From Candidatus Bathyarchaeota archaeon (lineage in GTDB: Archaea > Thermoproteota > Bathyarchaeia > TCS64), in assembly GCA_963769425.1 (NCBI GenBank), contig CAVYLP010000001.1:160001-224000 (forward strand): 64,000 bases of DNA, in the 5' to 3' direction. This document shows, piece by piece, positions 40,545-51,021 of the stretch. Position numbers and translations under genes: made by a program. Under the pieces are notes generated by a model that searched no databases, was not told where the DNA came from, and saw nothing but the letters and a program-made list of their open reading frames with translations. The first letter of the stretch is position 1; each line of letters begins with the position of its first letter.

Positions 40545-41945
40545 GTGCACTTGGGAAAGGAAAATAAGGGAAAGGCTGACGCCTATACCAGAAGCGACCC
40601 GACTATGATCGAGTGGTTGATCACCGCCTACTTCGCCAGCTTTATGGTCGTCTCAGTGTACACGGTGGCGCTGCTCTTTGTCATAGTCAGGTACAGGCGC
40701 TACAGGGCGCCGGCCTCCGTCGACATCTCCAAGGATACTCCCAACGTCACGGTCCAGCTGCCTGTCTACAATCCCGAAAGGGGGGCCTTCATCCGGTGCC
40801 TCGACACAGTCGTGAAGATGAGCTACCCCCCGGAAAATCTACAGATACAAGTGCTCGACGACAGCACCAAACCGGATGTGGCGGGGTTCGTCCATGACGC
40901 CTGCGCGTCTAGGGGTGTCGAGTTCCTCCACAGGGAGACTAGGGAGGGCTATAGGGCGGGGGCCTTCGCCAGCTCGATGCCCAGTGTGCGCGGGGAGTAT
41001 ATAGCCATCGTAAACGTCGACTGCATACCCCCCGCAGACTTCCTAGAGAGAATGGTGGGCGCGATACATGCCGACCCCAAGATCGGCTACGTGATGTCCA
41101 ACCACGTCTATCACAATAGGTCGTTTAGCGGCCAGACCCAGGTCACCTCCATAATACTGGACATGGGTATAATGAATCTGAACGGGCTCCCCATGCTCAC
41201 GGGATTTGGGGTCGTAATCAGGAAGCAGGCGCTCCTTGACGCCGGTGGTTGGCAGGGGGACACGATCTGCGACGACTACGACACCGGCGCGAGGATACTG
41301 TCGAGTGGCTACGGCTCACTCTTCTTGAGGGACGTCGAGTTCCCGTGCGAGGCCCCCGACACGCTGAAGGAGTACAGGAGGACGGCGGAGAGGTGGGCAC
41401 GGGCCTCAGGCCAGTACATGCGCAAGGACGTTGGCACGATCATAAAGGGTAAGATGGATAGGGTTGACAAGTTTCTCCTCCTAACCCTCTCGACAGGGTT
41501 CGTCCAGATGCTCGCCAGTGTCGTCAACCTGATCGCTGTCTTCGCCTTAATAATGCTAAACGCCATACCTGGGCCCCAATACGCCGCCCTATGGAGTATA
41601 GTTTCCGTCACAGGCTTCTCACTATACGTCTACTACTACCACGTCACGAAGTTTAGGGGGCTACCGATGAGGAAACATTTCCGCGACCTAGTCCTCGCTG
41701 TCGTCGTCGGCTACGGCTCCATCTTCTTCCTCACCTACAACCTCCTTAGGGGGATGCTGGAGACTGGGGCGAGCAGGGCGAGGATGAAGGTGAACTCACT
41801 TTTGGAGTGGACGGTGGTCGACGGTCTCTTCGTCGCGGTGACGGGCTCCACGCTCCTCTTCGCGCTATTTTACCGCAACGCCATCTTGGCGGCCTATATG
41901 CTGCTAAACTTGGTGGGAATCACCCTGATCAGGAAGAAGGCTTAG
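40545..41945 (+). CDS. GT2 processive glycosyltransferase-like protein with degenerate motifs (likely start ~40605)
   Basis: QLPVYN and LDDS present; NVD, CDD and TAERW replace DxD, ED and QxxRW; C-terminal TMs. Confidence 0.8.
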   Translation: MHLGKENKGKADAYTRSDPTMIEWLITAYFASFMVVSVYTVALLFVIVRYRRYRAPASVDISKDTPNVTVQLPVYNPERGAFIRCLDTVVKMSYPPENLQIQVLDDSTKPDVAGFVHDACASRGVEFLHRETREGYRAGAFASSMPSVRGEYIAIVNVDCIPPADFLERMVGAIHADPKIGYVMSNHVYHNRSFSGQTQVTSIILDMGIMNLNGLPMLTGFGVVIRKQALLDAGGWQGDTICDDYDTGARILSSGYGSLFLRDVEFPCEAPDTLKEYRRTAERWARASGQYMRKDVGTIIKGKMDRVDKFLLLTLSTGFVQMLASVVNLIAVFALIMLNAIPGPQYAALWSIVSVTGFSLYVYYYHVTKFRGLPMRKHFRDLVLAVVVGYGSIFFLTYNLLRGMLETGASRARMKVNSLLEWTVVDGLFVAVTGSTLLFALFYRNAILAAYMLLNLVGITLIRKKA

Positions 41946-43366
41946 TTCCCCAGTGGCGCGATGCTGAAGGCCACCGCGAAGTAGCCCATCCAGTAGACGA
42001 GGAGGTAAGCCATTATGCCCCAAGACGCGTTGACGAAGGCGAACATTATCCCGAGCGAGGTGTAGACGAGCATGAACATCTCGAGCCACGGCAGCTCCTT
42101 CAGCGTGGCGTAGCTGGACTCTATTTTATCGCTCTTCTTCACGACGTTGTACTTAGGGACGCGCTCGTATTGGCCCCCGTTCTTCATGAGCCCTTTAAAC
42201 ATTTCAACGGAGACCTTTGCGGAGATACCGTAGCCGACGAGGGCAAGGAGCCCGATGTAGGGGAGTTTCTTGAAGAGGCTCTGGTTCTGCCACCTCAGGG
42301 TGGCGTAGTAGAGTGTGAAGCTGCTGAGGGTGCATACCCCAAAGAGGCCGACGTACCATGGTGTGGTTACGTACGGGAACTTGTTCATGGCGAGGAGGGG
42401 GACCGTGACGAGTAGCCCAATGAACATCCAGAGTATGACCATGTAGTAGGTGAGGTGGATGCTCGCCTCGACCTTCTGGAGGAGGGTGCGTGGGCTCTTC
42501 CACACTGCGCCGAGGAACTTCTTGGCGCACTGGACGCTTCCCCTCGCCCACCGACCCTGCTGGGTCCTGAAGGCAGCCATGTTTGGGGGAATCTCACCCA
42601 TGACAGTGAGGTCCCGTAGGTAGAGGGTCTTCCACCCCTTGTTCTGCACCCTATAGCTGATGTCTATGTCCTCACTGAGTATGTCCCAACTCCACCCGCC
42701 GACATCCCTAATCGCCTCGGTCCTGAGGAGACCCGCGGAGCCATTGAAGTTGACTATACCTATGGCGCTTCGGGCGGACTGCTCCACGATGTGATACGCA
42801 TCTATGCCGAGGGAGAACGCCTCCGTGAACTTGCTGTAGTCCCTGTTAAGGTGGTCCCACCGAGCCTGGACTATGCCTATCTTGGGGTCAGTCTCTATTG
42901 CTGCAACGGTACGTTCGAGGAAATCCCTCGGGGGGACAAAGTCGGCGTCGATGACGGCGAGGTACTTGCCGTGGGTGAACTCGAGGGCGTTCTTGAGGGC
43001 CCCCGCGCGGTAGCCGATGCGCTCGGGGCGGCGGATTACGCTAATGTTGATCCCCTGTGCGCTCCTTACGGCAACCTCCTTATCCACGATCTCCTTCGTC
43101 TCGTCGGTACTGTCGTCGAGTATTAGAACCTCAAGCTTGTCACGTGGCCAGTCGAGGTTACATATAGCGTCAATCAGCCTCCCGACGACGTGCTTCTCGT
43201 TGTAGACGGGAAGCTGGATGGTGACCATGTTGTGGTTCCTGACGATGTTCGGGCTGGGTCCCTTGTACCTCCGAGAGTAGAGGACCATGACGAAGCAGTT
43301 GTACCCGTATGGTAGCATCAGGAAGGTGAAGAGGAAGTAGAGGGCTACCAGGACTGTTTCTATCAA
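41942..43366 (-). CDS. GT2 processive glycosyltransferase (cellulose synthase-like/CslA-like)
   Basis: QLPVYNE, LDDSTD, IDADF, FNGSAG, SED and QQGRW. Confidence 0.9.
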   Translation of the reverse strand: MIETVLVALYFLFTFLMLPYGYNCFVMVLYSRRYKGPSPNIVRNHNMVTIQLPVYNEKHVVGRLIDAICNLDWPRDKLEVLILDDSTDETKEIVDKEVAVRSAQGINISVIRRPERIGYRAGALKNALEFTHGKYLAVIDADFVPPRDFLERTVAAIETDPKIGIVQARWDHLNRDYSKFTEAFSLGIDAYHIVEQSARSAIGIVNFNGSAGLLRTEAIRDVGGWSWDILSEDIDISYRVQNKGWKTLYLRDLTVMGEIPPNMAAFRTQQGRWARGSVQCAKKFLGAVWKSPRTLLQKVEASIHLTYYMVILWMFIGLLVTVPLLAMNKFPYVTTPWYVGLFGVCTLSSFTLYYATLRWQNQSLFKKLPYIGLLALVGYGISAKVSVEMFKGLMKNGGQYERVPKYNVVKKSDKIESSYATLKELPWLEMFMLVYTSLGIMFAFVNASWGIMAYLLVYWMGYFAVAFSIAPLGN

Positions 43367-43450
43367 GCTTGTGCCTCGTCATTTCATCGTTTGCTTGTGG
43401 GGGCGGTTAGCACTCAAGCCCCACGCGGAGAAAAGGGTTGTGGGTAGTGA

Positions 43451-44206
43451 CTAGAATAGTACGCTCATGCAGGTGAGGGCGCCATCGCACTTCTGTATCT
43501 CAGAGACATTGAGGACGACGACGTCGAAGCCCGCCTCCTCCACCATCTTGTGGGCCTCCGGATAGCCCTCCGCCATGAGGACGGTATCACCGACTGCGAG
43601 GGTGTCCGCAGCGTACTCGTTGTCGCTGGGCGGGATGATGATCTGGAACCCCTCGAGGGCGGGGTGGGTCGCGTACCGCTCAGTGGCGATCATTATGTCC
43701 CTCCCGAGGTAGGTCACGTAGCTCTTCAGGTGCATGATGGATGGGTCGAAGACGGTGGCGACTGGCACCTCGAGCCACTCCTGCATCTGAGCGATGCCCT
43801 CGGGGTTCGTCCGCTGGCTTATCCCGCTGATGAGCTTGTCGTCGAGGTGGACGACGTCTCCCCCCTCGACGGTGGCGGGGCTGGTCGCCCTTTTCACCTT
43901 GAGGTACTGCTTGAGGACCGCCTCAACGCCTGTTTCCTCACCACGGCGGCTCGTCTTCGCCATCCTGCAGATGAGGGCCTTACCACCGTGAACGACGACA
44001 TTATCCTCGACGAAGACGGAGTCGGGGCGCTCGTCGTCCCGTGGGACGTGTATGATCTCAAGCCCGATCTCCTTCAGCGCCGAGCAGTAAGCTGCGTGCT
44101 GCTCCCTCGCCAGATTTAAGTCGAGGGTCGAGTGGAGGGGGTGCGTCGACAGGCAGCTCTTGTACCTGTTGCCTATGTCGCGGACGAGTGCTCTCTTAGG
44201 CTCCAT
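43451..44206 (-). CDS. Dimethylarginine dimethylaminohydrolase family (amidinotransferase superfamily)
   Basis: PDSVFVED, RRGE, EGGDV, RTN, HLKS and DGALTCMS. Confidence 0.9.
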   Translation of the reverse strand: MEPKRALVRDIGNRYKSCLSTHPLHSTLDLNLAREQHAAYCSALKEIGLEIIHVPRDDERPDSVFVEDNVVVHGGKALICRMAKTSRRGEETGVEAVLKQYLKVKRATSPATVEGGDVVHLDDKLISGISQRTNPEGIAQMQEWLEVPVATVFDPSIMHLKSYVTYLGRDIMIATERYATHPALEGFQIIIPPSDNEYAADTLAVGDTVLMAEGYPEAHKMVEEAGFDVVVLNVSEIQKCDGALTCMSVLF

Positions 44207-44304
44207 AGAAGACACTGTTTGGGTTGATCGGTGGATTGCCCTTAAAACCGTTGAGCTCGCCAAACCTTAAACCGTTGTCCACCTCCACATAGCTGTGAAG
44301 AAGT

Positions 44305-45402
44305 ATGCCAGTTGACATGTACAAGGTCCTGAAGGAGCTCATGAGCGCCCCAGCCGTGACGGGGTTCGAAGAGCCGAGAAGGAAGAAGGTAATCGAGCAG
44401 TACTCGAAGTACTGCGATACGGTCTCCGTTGACGTTATCGGGAACGTCGTGGGGACTATCGGCTCCGGGGAGAGGGCGGTGATGCTCGCAGGACACTACG
44501 ACCAGATCGGGTTCCTCGTGAAGCACGTGGACGAGAAGGGGTATGTCAGCTTCGACCAGGTCGGCGGCTGGGACCCACGCGTCGCCTATGGGACGAGGGT
44601 GAAGATATGGGTCGGCGACGGAGTGGAAGACTTCGTCGTCGGCACTATCGGGACGAAGGCGGCACACCTCACGGACGCCGCCGAGAGGGAGAAGGCCATC
44701 CCGCTCAAGGACATGAGGATAGACTTAGGTGCATCGTCTGCGGAGGAAGCTGAGAAGATGGGGGTCAGGATCGGCTGCCCGTGCACACCGATCGCAGAGG
44801 TGGAGTACCTCGGAAAGGAGGGATCAGACATGGTCATCGGCCCAGCCTTCGACGACGTCTGCGCAGTTGCTGCTTTCATAGAGGCCCTCGACATCCTCAC
44901 TAAGGACCCGCCGAAGAAGGTTAAGGTCTACGCAGTCGCTACGACTCAGGAGGAGATAGGTCTCAGGGGGGCGCAGGTCAGCGCCTACAACATCCAGCCC
45001 TGGGCCGCAATCGCGGCGGATGTGACGCATGCTGTTGCGCCGGGGGTAGATGCTAACAGGGTCGGGGACGTCCAGATCGGTAAGGGCCCCGTCGTGGGTA
45101 TAGGCGCCAACTTCACCCGCGCTCTCTGGGAGATGATGGAGAAGGAGGCGAAGAGGGGAAAGATACCCGTGCAGAGGCAGGGCGTCCCATCCGCAAGCGG
45201 GACCGACGCCTGGGCCATACAGGTCACACGTGGCGGTACCATCACCGGCCTAATAAGTCTCCCCAACCGCTACATGCACAGTCCCAACGAGGTCGTCAGC
45301 CTCAGCGACCTTACAAACGCCGGGAAGCTCATAGCTGCCACTGTAAAGGCCCTCGACAAGAGTAGCCTCCAGCACAACGTCGAGGTCTACAGGAAGAAGT
45401 AG
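44305..45402 (+). CDS. M42 family aminopeptidase (TET-like)
   Basis: GHYDQIG, FDD, QEEIGLRGA, DVTH, GTDA and YMHSPNE. Confidence 0.92.
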   Translation: MPVDMYKVLKELMSAPAVTGFEEPRRKKVIEQYSKYCDTVSVDVIGNVVGTIGSGERAVMLAGHYDQIGFLVKHVDEKGYVSFDQVGGWDPRVAYGTRVKIWVGDGVEDFVVGTIGTKAAHLTDAAEREKAIPLKDMRIDLGASSAEEAEKMGVRIGCPCTPIAEVEYLGKEGSDMVIGPAFDDVCAVAAFIEALDILTKDPPKKVKVYAVATTQEEIGLRGAQVSAYNIQPWAAIAADVTHAVAPGVDANRVGDVQIGKGPVVGIGANFTRALWEMMEKEAKRGKIPVQRQGVPSASGTDAWAIQVTRGGTITGLISLPNRYMHSPNEVVSLSDLTNAGKLIAATVKALDKSSLQHNVEVYRKK

Positions 45403-45430
45403 TCGATAAAATTTTTCAACGGACTCCCCA

Positions 45431-45901
45431 ATGGTTCATTGGGGAAGCTTCCTGAAGACATCACAGATCATCGGGGTTGTTCTCATCATCCTTGAGGTTG
45501 CGGGGGTGGGGTTGTTCCTGCTTAGCGGGCAGACCATATTCTCGCTGATAGGTACGGTCACGCCAAAGGGAGGCGCACCAAACGTCTCAGTCGATGAGCA
45601 TACCCAGGTTGTAACTATAACGTTCACCTTCACACCCCACAACACGGGCTATCTAGCCGCCCGCTTGAACCTCGGCTTCGGCCTCACGCTCACGGATGGC
45701 TCCTTCACCGTTAGAAACACCACTTCGATCTACCTCACACCGGGGGCGCAGCAAAACGTTGACCTATCCATCAAGGTGCCGGTTAGCAAGTTGCAGGAAT
45801 ACGCCGATGCGAAGGGGACCCTAGACATCTACACGAGTATAATCACTCTGAACGATCTTGTCAGGATCGACTACAACTCGAAGGCGGAGGGAGGCGGCTG
45901 A
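45431..45901 (+). CDS. Hypothetical membrane-anchored protein
   Basis: N-terminal TM plus beta-rich domain. Confidence 0.65.
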   Translation: MVHWGSFLKTSQIIGVVLIILEVAGVGLFLLSGQTIFSLIGTVTPKGGAPNVSVDEHTQVVTITFTFTPHNTGYLAARLNLGFGLTLTDGSFTVRNTTSIYLTPGAQQNVDLSIKVPVSKLQEYADAKGTLDIYTSIITLNDLVRIDYNSKAEGGG

Positions 45902-45902
45902 C

Positions 45903-46403
45903 ATGGTGCTGAGGTGGGGCGAGGTAGCCAGTGCGCTGCTCACGTTCCTCATCCTAGTCGTGCTACCCCTGGCGGCCATCCGGCTCATCCCCCTGCAGAC
46001 ACTCGACCAGCTAGCGGCGACGGGGCTCGACGTACAGAGCCTCGCCACTCAGACGGCGCTGCTCGGCCTCGTGGTATCCGCCATCTCCCTTGCCAAGGCA
46101 ATCACCGCTAGCACTTCCATAGCCTACCTGATTCTCGACGTATCCTCGAATCTCGTATCACTCGCTTTCGCCCTCCTCATAGTAGGTGTCGGAAACATCG
46201 GGAGTCTTGGCTACAGTAGCTTCAAACTCACGCAGGGAAAAGTCACAACAGAGATACTCCTAGATCTCAGGGTATTCATCTGGCTGACTATAGGGGTGGT
46301 GGCCCTCAACGTGTTACAGGCTCTGGTGAAGTTCCGCGATGCAAGTGCAGAGGAGGAAAAGAAACGCCGTGAAGCGGACCTAAAATTCCCTAATATAGTT
46401 TGA
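45903..46403 (+). CDS. Hypothetical multi-pass membrane protein
   Basis: About four TM; ATG at 45903 immediately after the previous stop. Confidence 0.65.
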   Translation: MVLRWGEVASALLTFLILVVLPLAAIRLIPLQTLDQLAATGLDVQSLATQTALLGLVVSAISLAKAITASTSIAYLILDVSSNLVSLAFALLIVGVGNIGSLGYSSFKLTQGKVTTEILLDLRVFIWLTIGVVALNVLQALVKFRDASAEEEKKRREADLKFPNIV

Positions 46404-46442
46404 ACTAACGTTTTATTCAGGCGCGGTTGTTAGTGGGTTAAA

Positions 46443-47459
46443 TTGATTCGCGTTGCGATCAGCGGAATCCCACGTGGCCACCAGTCACCACGCCTAGACG
46501 GGAACTGGCTCACGGAGAAGCAGCGCCAGAGAATTCTCTCAGTCTCGTCGAAGATTGAGCTACGGGAGCTTCCCGAGCAGGTCGTCCACGATATGGAGTG
46601 GGTCGAGGGAGTGGAGGTTGCCCTCGTTGAGGGTGGTAACTACACGCACTACACTGGTGAGCTTGACAGGGCGGACTACGAAAAGTTCTTCACGCCCAGC
46701 CTCCGCTGGGTTCAGCTCTGCAGCACGGGCTTCAGCGACAATATAACCACAGAGATAATCGACGGAAGGGTCACCCTCACTAACAGTCCCGGGATACACA
46801 CTATCCCGATAGCGGAGAGCGTCATGGCTGCGGTGCTTGAGCACGCGAAGCGCTTCAGGCAAAGGAGGGTTGATCAAAGAGATCGTAGGTGGAGGCAGCT
46901 CATGTGCGAGGACCTTGAGGGGCAGACGATCCTTCTCATCGGCCTCGGCAACCTGGGTAAGCGTGTTGCAAACCTTTCAAAGGCGTTCGACATGCGGGTC
47001 ATCGGTACAAAGAAGACAATCGAACCGGTGCCCAACGTCGACGAGGTCTTCCCACCATCGAAGCTAGTAGATCACATCCCCGAGGCGGACTATGTGGTGG
47101 AGCTCGCCCCTCTGACCACAGAGACGGAGGGACTCATCGGCGAAGCCGCCTTCAGTGTGATGAAAAGGAGCTGTTACTTCATCAACGTAGGCCGAGGCAG
47201 GGTTGCCGACGAGGAGGCGATGACGAGAGCATTAAAGGAGCACCGAATCGCGGGGGCATACCTAGATTGCTTCGGCGTCGAGCCCCTGCCAGCGGATAGC
47301 CCACTCTGGGGGTTGGACAACGTCTTTCTGGTGCCGCATGACAGCCACTCGAGCCCGAAGATCGGGGAGAGGCTCGTCACCCAATTTTGTGAGAATCTCA
47401 GTAGGTATGTCGCCGGGGAGCCTCTGCTAAACGTCTGCGATCCCCGCCGCGGCTATTAG
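46443..47459 (+). CDS. D-2-hydroxyacid dehydrogenase family
   Basis: GLGNLG, FINVGRG, AYLDCF..EPL and VPH. Confidence 0.9.
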   Translation: MIRVAISGIPRGHQSPRLDGNWLTEKQRQRILSVSSKIELRELPEQVVHDMEWVEGVEVALVEGGNYTHYTGELDRADYEKFFTPSLRWVQLCSTGFSDNITTEIIDGRVTLTNSPGIHTIPIAESVMAAVLEHAKRFRQRRVDQRDRRWRQLMCEDLEGQTILLIGLGNLGKRVANLSKAFDMRVIGTKKTIEPVPNVDEVFPPSKLVDHIPEADYVVELAPLTTETEGLIGEAAFSVMKRSCYFINVGRGRVADEEAMTRALKEHRIAGAYLDCFGVEPLPADSPLWGLDNVFLVPHDSHSSPKIGERLVTQFCENLSRYVAGEPLLNVCDPRRGY

Positions 47460-47491
47460 AGTTAAATCCCGTCCGCGCCACTTCTCCCCCG

Positions 47492-48340
47492 ATGTCTCTT
47501 CTCTTTAGGAAGCTCGGCGCGAGGCTAGGGGAGGCCTCGGAGCGCTACGAAGGCGTAATGGGGGTCGCGGTCAAGGACCTCACCAACAGCGATTTTTTCG
47601 CGGTCAACGGCGACGAGGTCTTCCCCGTAGCGAGCACCATCAAGGTACCGATACTGATCGAGTTCTACAGACGAGTAGAAGCGAAGACCCTAGACCCTAT
47701 GTCACCTGTGACGTACGTCGAGGCGCACAAGACGGGCGGGAGCGGGGTCATCAAGACACTGACCCCTGGGACAGTGACGATGACCATCATCGACTACGCC
47801 ACGCTGATGATCAACGTGAGCGACAACTCTACCACCAACTACTTCATCGACCTACTCGGGATGGACCAGATCAACGCGCTCATCTCCACGCTCGGCCTCA
47901 GGGAGACGCGCCTCGCACGGAAGATGATGGACCTCGAGGCGTTCAAGGCAGGGAAGGACAGTTTCACTACGCCCAGAGAGCTCATCGCAATATTCGAGGA
48001 ACTCCACAAGCCCAGCATCCTGAGCCCTTTCGTCTGCGAGGAGACACTGAAGATGCTTGGGAAGCCGAAGGAGGGAATGGTTCAGGGAGTCATCAGGAAT
48101 GCAGTCCCTGACTCGGTCGAGGTTGCAGATAAGTCGGGGTGGGTCGGTGGGGCGACACTCGACGCAGGCATAGTCAAGCAGCAGAGGCATCCATACGTGG
48201 TAGCGCTCCTAGCCAAGCATATCCCTGCCTCCGATCTCCACATGGTTAACGCCCTCAACGCTCTCACTGAGGCTGCGAGGCTCATCCAAGCCTACTTCGA
48301 GGAGGTCTCCGCCTCCACCCCACATGGGCGGAAGCTCTAG
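47492..48340 (+). CDS. Serine hydrolase, class A beta-lactamase-like
   Basis: ASTIK (SxxK), SDN, TTP and DKSG. Confidence 0.85.
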   Translation: MSLLFRKLGARLGEASERYEGVMGVAVKDLTNSDFFAVNGDEVFPVASTIKVPILIEFYRRVEAKTLDPMSPVTYVEAHKTGGSGVIKTLTPGTVTMTIIDYATLMINVSDNSTTNYFIDLLGMDQINALISTLGLRETRLARKMMDLEAFKAGKDSFTTPRELIAIFEELHKPSILSPFVCEETLKMLGKPKEGMVQGVIRNAVPDSVEVADKSGWVGGATLDAGIVKQQRHPYVVALLAKHIPASDLHMVNALNALTEAARLIQAYFEEVSASTPHGRKL

Positions 48341-48388
48341 CGGGGCAGTGTTTAAGACCGAGAACAGTCGCCATGTTTTGAAGAATCA

Positions 48389-49339
48389 ATGCCCACCGCA
48401 AGCATAACCCACGGCGACGACCTCGACGGCCTCACCTGTGGGGCGATACTAATCCACCTCTTCGACGCGGTGGTGACCCCGGCGAACTATGACGACCTCG
48501 AGGAGGCCCTCGCCGGCGTGGGAAAGGACGTGGATAAGCTTTTCATAACGGACCTGAACCTCAGAGAGGCGCTCATCCCCTACATAGAGACGATTACCAC
48601 ACACGCCTCAGTCACTATAATCGACCACCACCCCATGGAGGCCAGCCTAGCCAAGCGCCTACGCGACCTAGGAGTCGAGATAGTCCACGACACAAAGGAC
48701 TGCGCTGCAGCACTCGTTTACGACCACTTCAAAAACAAGCTGGAGATCGACGCAGCGCGCCTAGCCGCCTACGCCGCCGTCTCCGACATGTTCGAGGACG
48801 GACCCGTTGCCTCGCGCCTAATGGACGGCATGGACAGGAAGTTTGTGCACCACGAGGCGTTGATGCTCAGTGCAGCGCTGGGGAGCAACCAGTCCACTTC
48901 CTTCAAGGTGAGACTCCTCCGGGAGCTTAGCAATTATGCCTACCCCCATAGGATCAGGGGTGTAGTTAAGGCATCGGTCGACCAACTCGAAAAGATCGTG
49001 AGGATCAAGGAGACGATCAAGGGTAGGGTGCGGGTCATCGGTCGCCTCGCCGTCATGGAGTGCGGCGACGACTCCTCCACCGGAGAGGTCGCCAACATAA
49101 TCATGGACACAATGCTCGTCCCCGTGGGCATGTGCTGGAAGGACCAGGGGGAGATGGTGAACATAAGTCTCCGCGGCGAGAGGAGGCTACCCGAGCACCT
49201 CGGAGACCTCGTCTCAAGTCTCTCGGCCAAGTATGGTGGCTTCGGCGGGGGCCACGCCCGCGCGAGCGGCGCGAAGGTGCCGAAGGAGAAGCTCAACGCA
49301 TTCATCGAGGAAATCGCGAAGGCCCTCAATGGACATTAA
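48389..49339 (+). CDS. DHH/DHHA1 family phosphoesterase
   Basis: HGDDLDG, ITDL, IDHH, SLRG and GGGHARASG. Confidence 0.88.
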   Translation: MPTASITHGDDLDGLTCGAILIHLFDAVVTPANYDDLEEALAGVGKDVDKLFITDLNLREALIPYIETITTHASVTIIDHHPMEASLAKRLRDLGVEIVHDTKDCAAALVYDHFKNKLEIDAARLAAYAAVSDMFEDGPVASRLMDGMDRKFVHHEALMLSAALGSNQSTSFKVRLLRELSNYAYPHRIRGVVKASVDQLEKIVRIKETIKGRVRVIGRLAVMECGDDSSTGEVANIIMDTMLVPVGMCWKDQGEMVNISLRGERRLPEHLGDLVSSLSAKYGGFGGGHARASGAKVPKEKLNAFIEEIAKALNGH

Positions 49340-49772
49340 GCCTCTGCCTCCACCTCGCCCTCTTCTTGGCGTCCCTTATCCGCTCGTCGAGGGGCCTCAT
49401 GCGGGTGGGATTGAAGGGCATCCACTCATCCCTCTCCGCGTCGGGTCCTATCAACTCCGTGCTTCTGCAGATTGTGAGGCGAAGGTTCTCGATGCCGTTT
49501 GTAGGGATGTCTGTCTGTAGGACCTTCATGGCTCGGGCGAGGCGAATCATCGCTGAAAGCTTGAATGGGTCGTCGAGCCCGAACTCGTCGGCTCGCCTGT
49601 ACGTGACCTCCCTCTCCTGCCCCGTGTCGGAGTAGACGACAACGTCCACGTTCTCGTCCCTCGCCTGCACAGGGTAGAAGAAACGGCGGAAGACCCTTAC
49701 CCGGGTCCGCCTCCCCTCAAAGACGACGACAAGCCCCGGCTCGGCGGAGGACACGGTATACTCGTCGCCCAC
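49326..49772 (-). CDS. Hypothetical protein
   Basis: 148-aa ORF with coding-like codon usage. Confidence 0.6.
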   Translation of the reverse strand: MGDEYTVSSAEPGLVVVFEGRRTRVRVFRRFFYPVQARDENVDVVVYSDTGQEREVTYRRADEFGLDDPFKLSAMIRLARAMKVLQTDIPTNGIENLRLTICRSTELIGPDAERDEWMPFNPTRMRPLDERIRDAKKRARWRQRLNVH

Positions 49773-49839
49773 GCGTTGAAAAGACCACGGGTGGCGGTCA
49801 ACCGTTTATACCCCCGACGGGCATCTCTGATCGATAATC

Positions 49840-50600
49840 ATGAAGCTCGCAGAGGTCTCCTGGGTCGAGGCGCAAGCGATCCTGAAGAAGGTCGACACCG
49901 TCATCCTGCCCGTGGGGAGCACGGAGCAGCACGGGCCGCATTGCCCTCTAGGTACGGACCACATGACGGCGGACGCCGTGGCAAACATGGTCGGGGACAG
50001 GGTCAAGCTCCCGGTTCTCCCCGTAGTCCCAGTCGGTGTCAGCAGCCACCACAGGCAGTTCCCCGGCACACTCTGGGCGCCACCATCGGTCTTCCGGGAG
50101 TACGTCAAAGCCATAATACTCAGCGCCTCAAGCCACGGCCCACGAAGTTCATAATAATCAACGGCCACGGCGGCAATACTGCTAGCCTCAAGGAGGTCGC
50201 TGAAGACCTACGAAGCGACGAGGACATATTCGTCGCCATTGCTACCGCATACCCGACTAAATTGGACGGCCACGCCGGAGAAGATGAGACGAGCATCATG
50301 CTCTACCTACGCCCCGAGCTGGTGAAGATGGAGAAGGCCGTCGACACTAAGCAGAACGAGGCCTTGGCCGGCATCAGGATGAAGACACAGAAGGTAGGCC
50401 CCGCCGACTTCGGCTTCGACACGATTGACCTAAGCCCCACTGGGGTATTCGGCGCGGCGGGAAAGACGATCGAGGCGACGAAGGCGACCGCCGCACACGG
50501 CGAGGAGATCGTAAAGACCCACGTCGATGAACTATGCGCCTTCGCGGAGGAATTGAAGAAGGCGAAGCTTGAGGAACTACTCCCAAAGCCACACAAGTAA
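49840..50600 (+). pseudogene. Creatininase family protein (one frameshift ~50140)
   Basis: GSTEQHGPHCPLGTD in one frame; NGHGGN and GHAGEDETS in the next. Confidence 0.85.
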
Positions 50601-50621
50601 GCGGAAACCGAGTAGATTCGG

Positions 50622-50978
50622 CTACTTCTTCGGGATTTTACCACGCATAAAGAGGGCGACGACCCCAAGAACAACCATCGGCAACCCGAACATCGGGTTG
50701 ACGAGTGTCAGGAAGAGCCCGGGGAGGATCAGCAGAACCCCGGATAGGAGGGCGAAGAGCCTGCTTGGGCGGAAAGCCGCGGCGACAGCGAGCAAGCCCC
50801 CGAGTATAGCCGGTACCATCACGTAGGTGACGAGTTGGAAGAGCAGGGCGTCCTCTCCGCCGGTTCCGTTGAAGCCTCTTATCCCAGCCGTCCCGACGAG
50901 GATAATGCCGATTAGTAGCGTAATTATCCCAATGACCAGAAACACGATCTTCTGTGAACTCGACAAATTAGACCACAA
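50622..50978 (-). CDS. Small hypothetical membrane protein
   Basis: About four hydrophobic helices. Confidence 0.6.
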   Translation of the reverse strand: MWSNLSSSQKIVFLVIGIITLLIGIILVGTAGIRGFNGTGGEDALLFQLVTYVMVPAILGGLLAVAAAFRPSRLFALLSGVLLILPGLFLTLVNPMFGLPMVVLGVVALFMRGKIPKK

Positions 50979-51021
50979 AAAGGCGGTGATATGTAGTATA
51001 AATAGGTATTGAAAGGAAGTA

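Noticed and set aside
23870-50150. Programmed frameshifting at isolated frame breaks (~23880, ~31025, ~50140)
   Set aside because: No slippery heptamers seen; single-base indels in ordinary genes are more simply explained by sequencing or assembly error, or recent mutation
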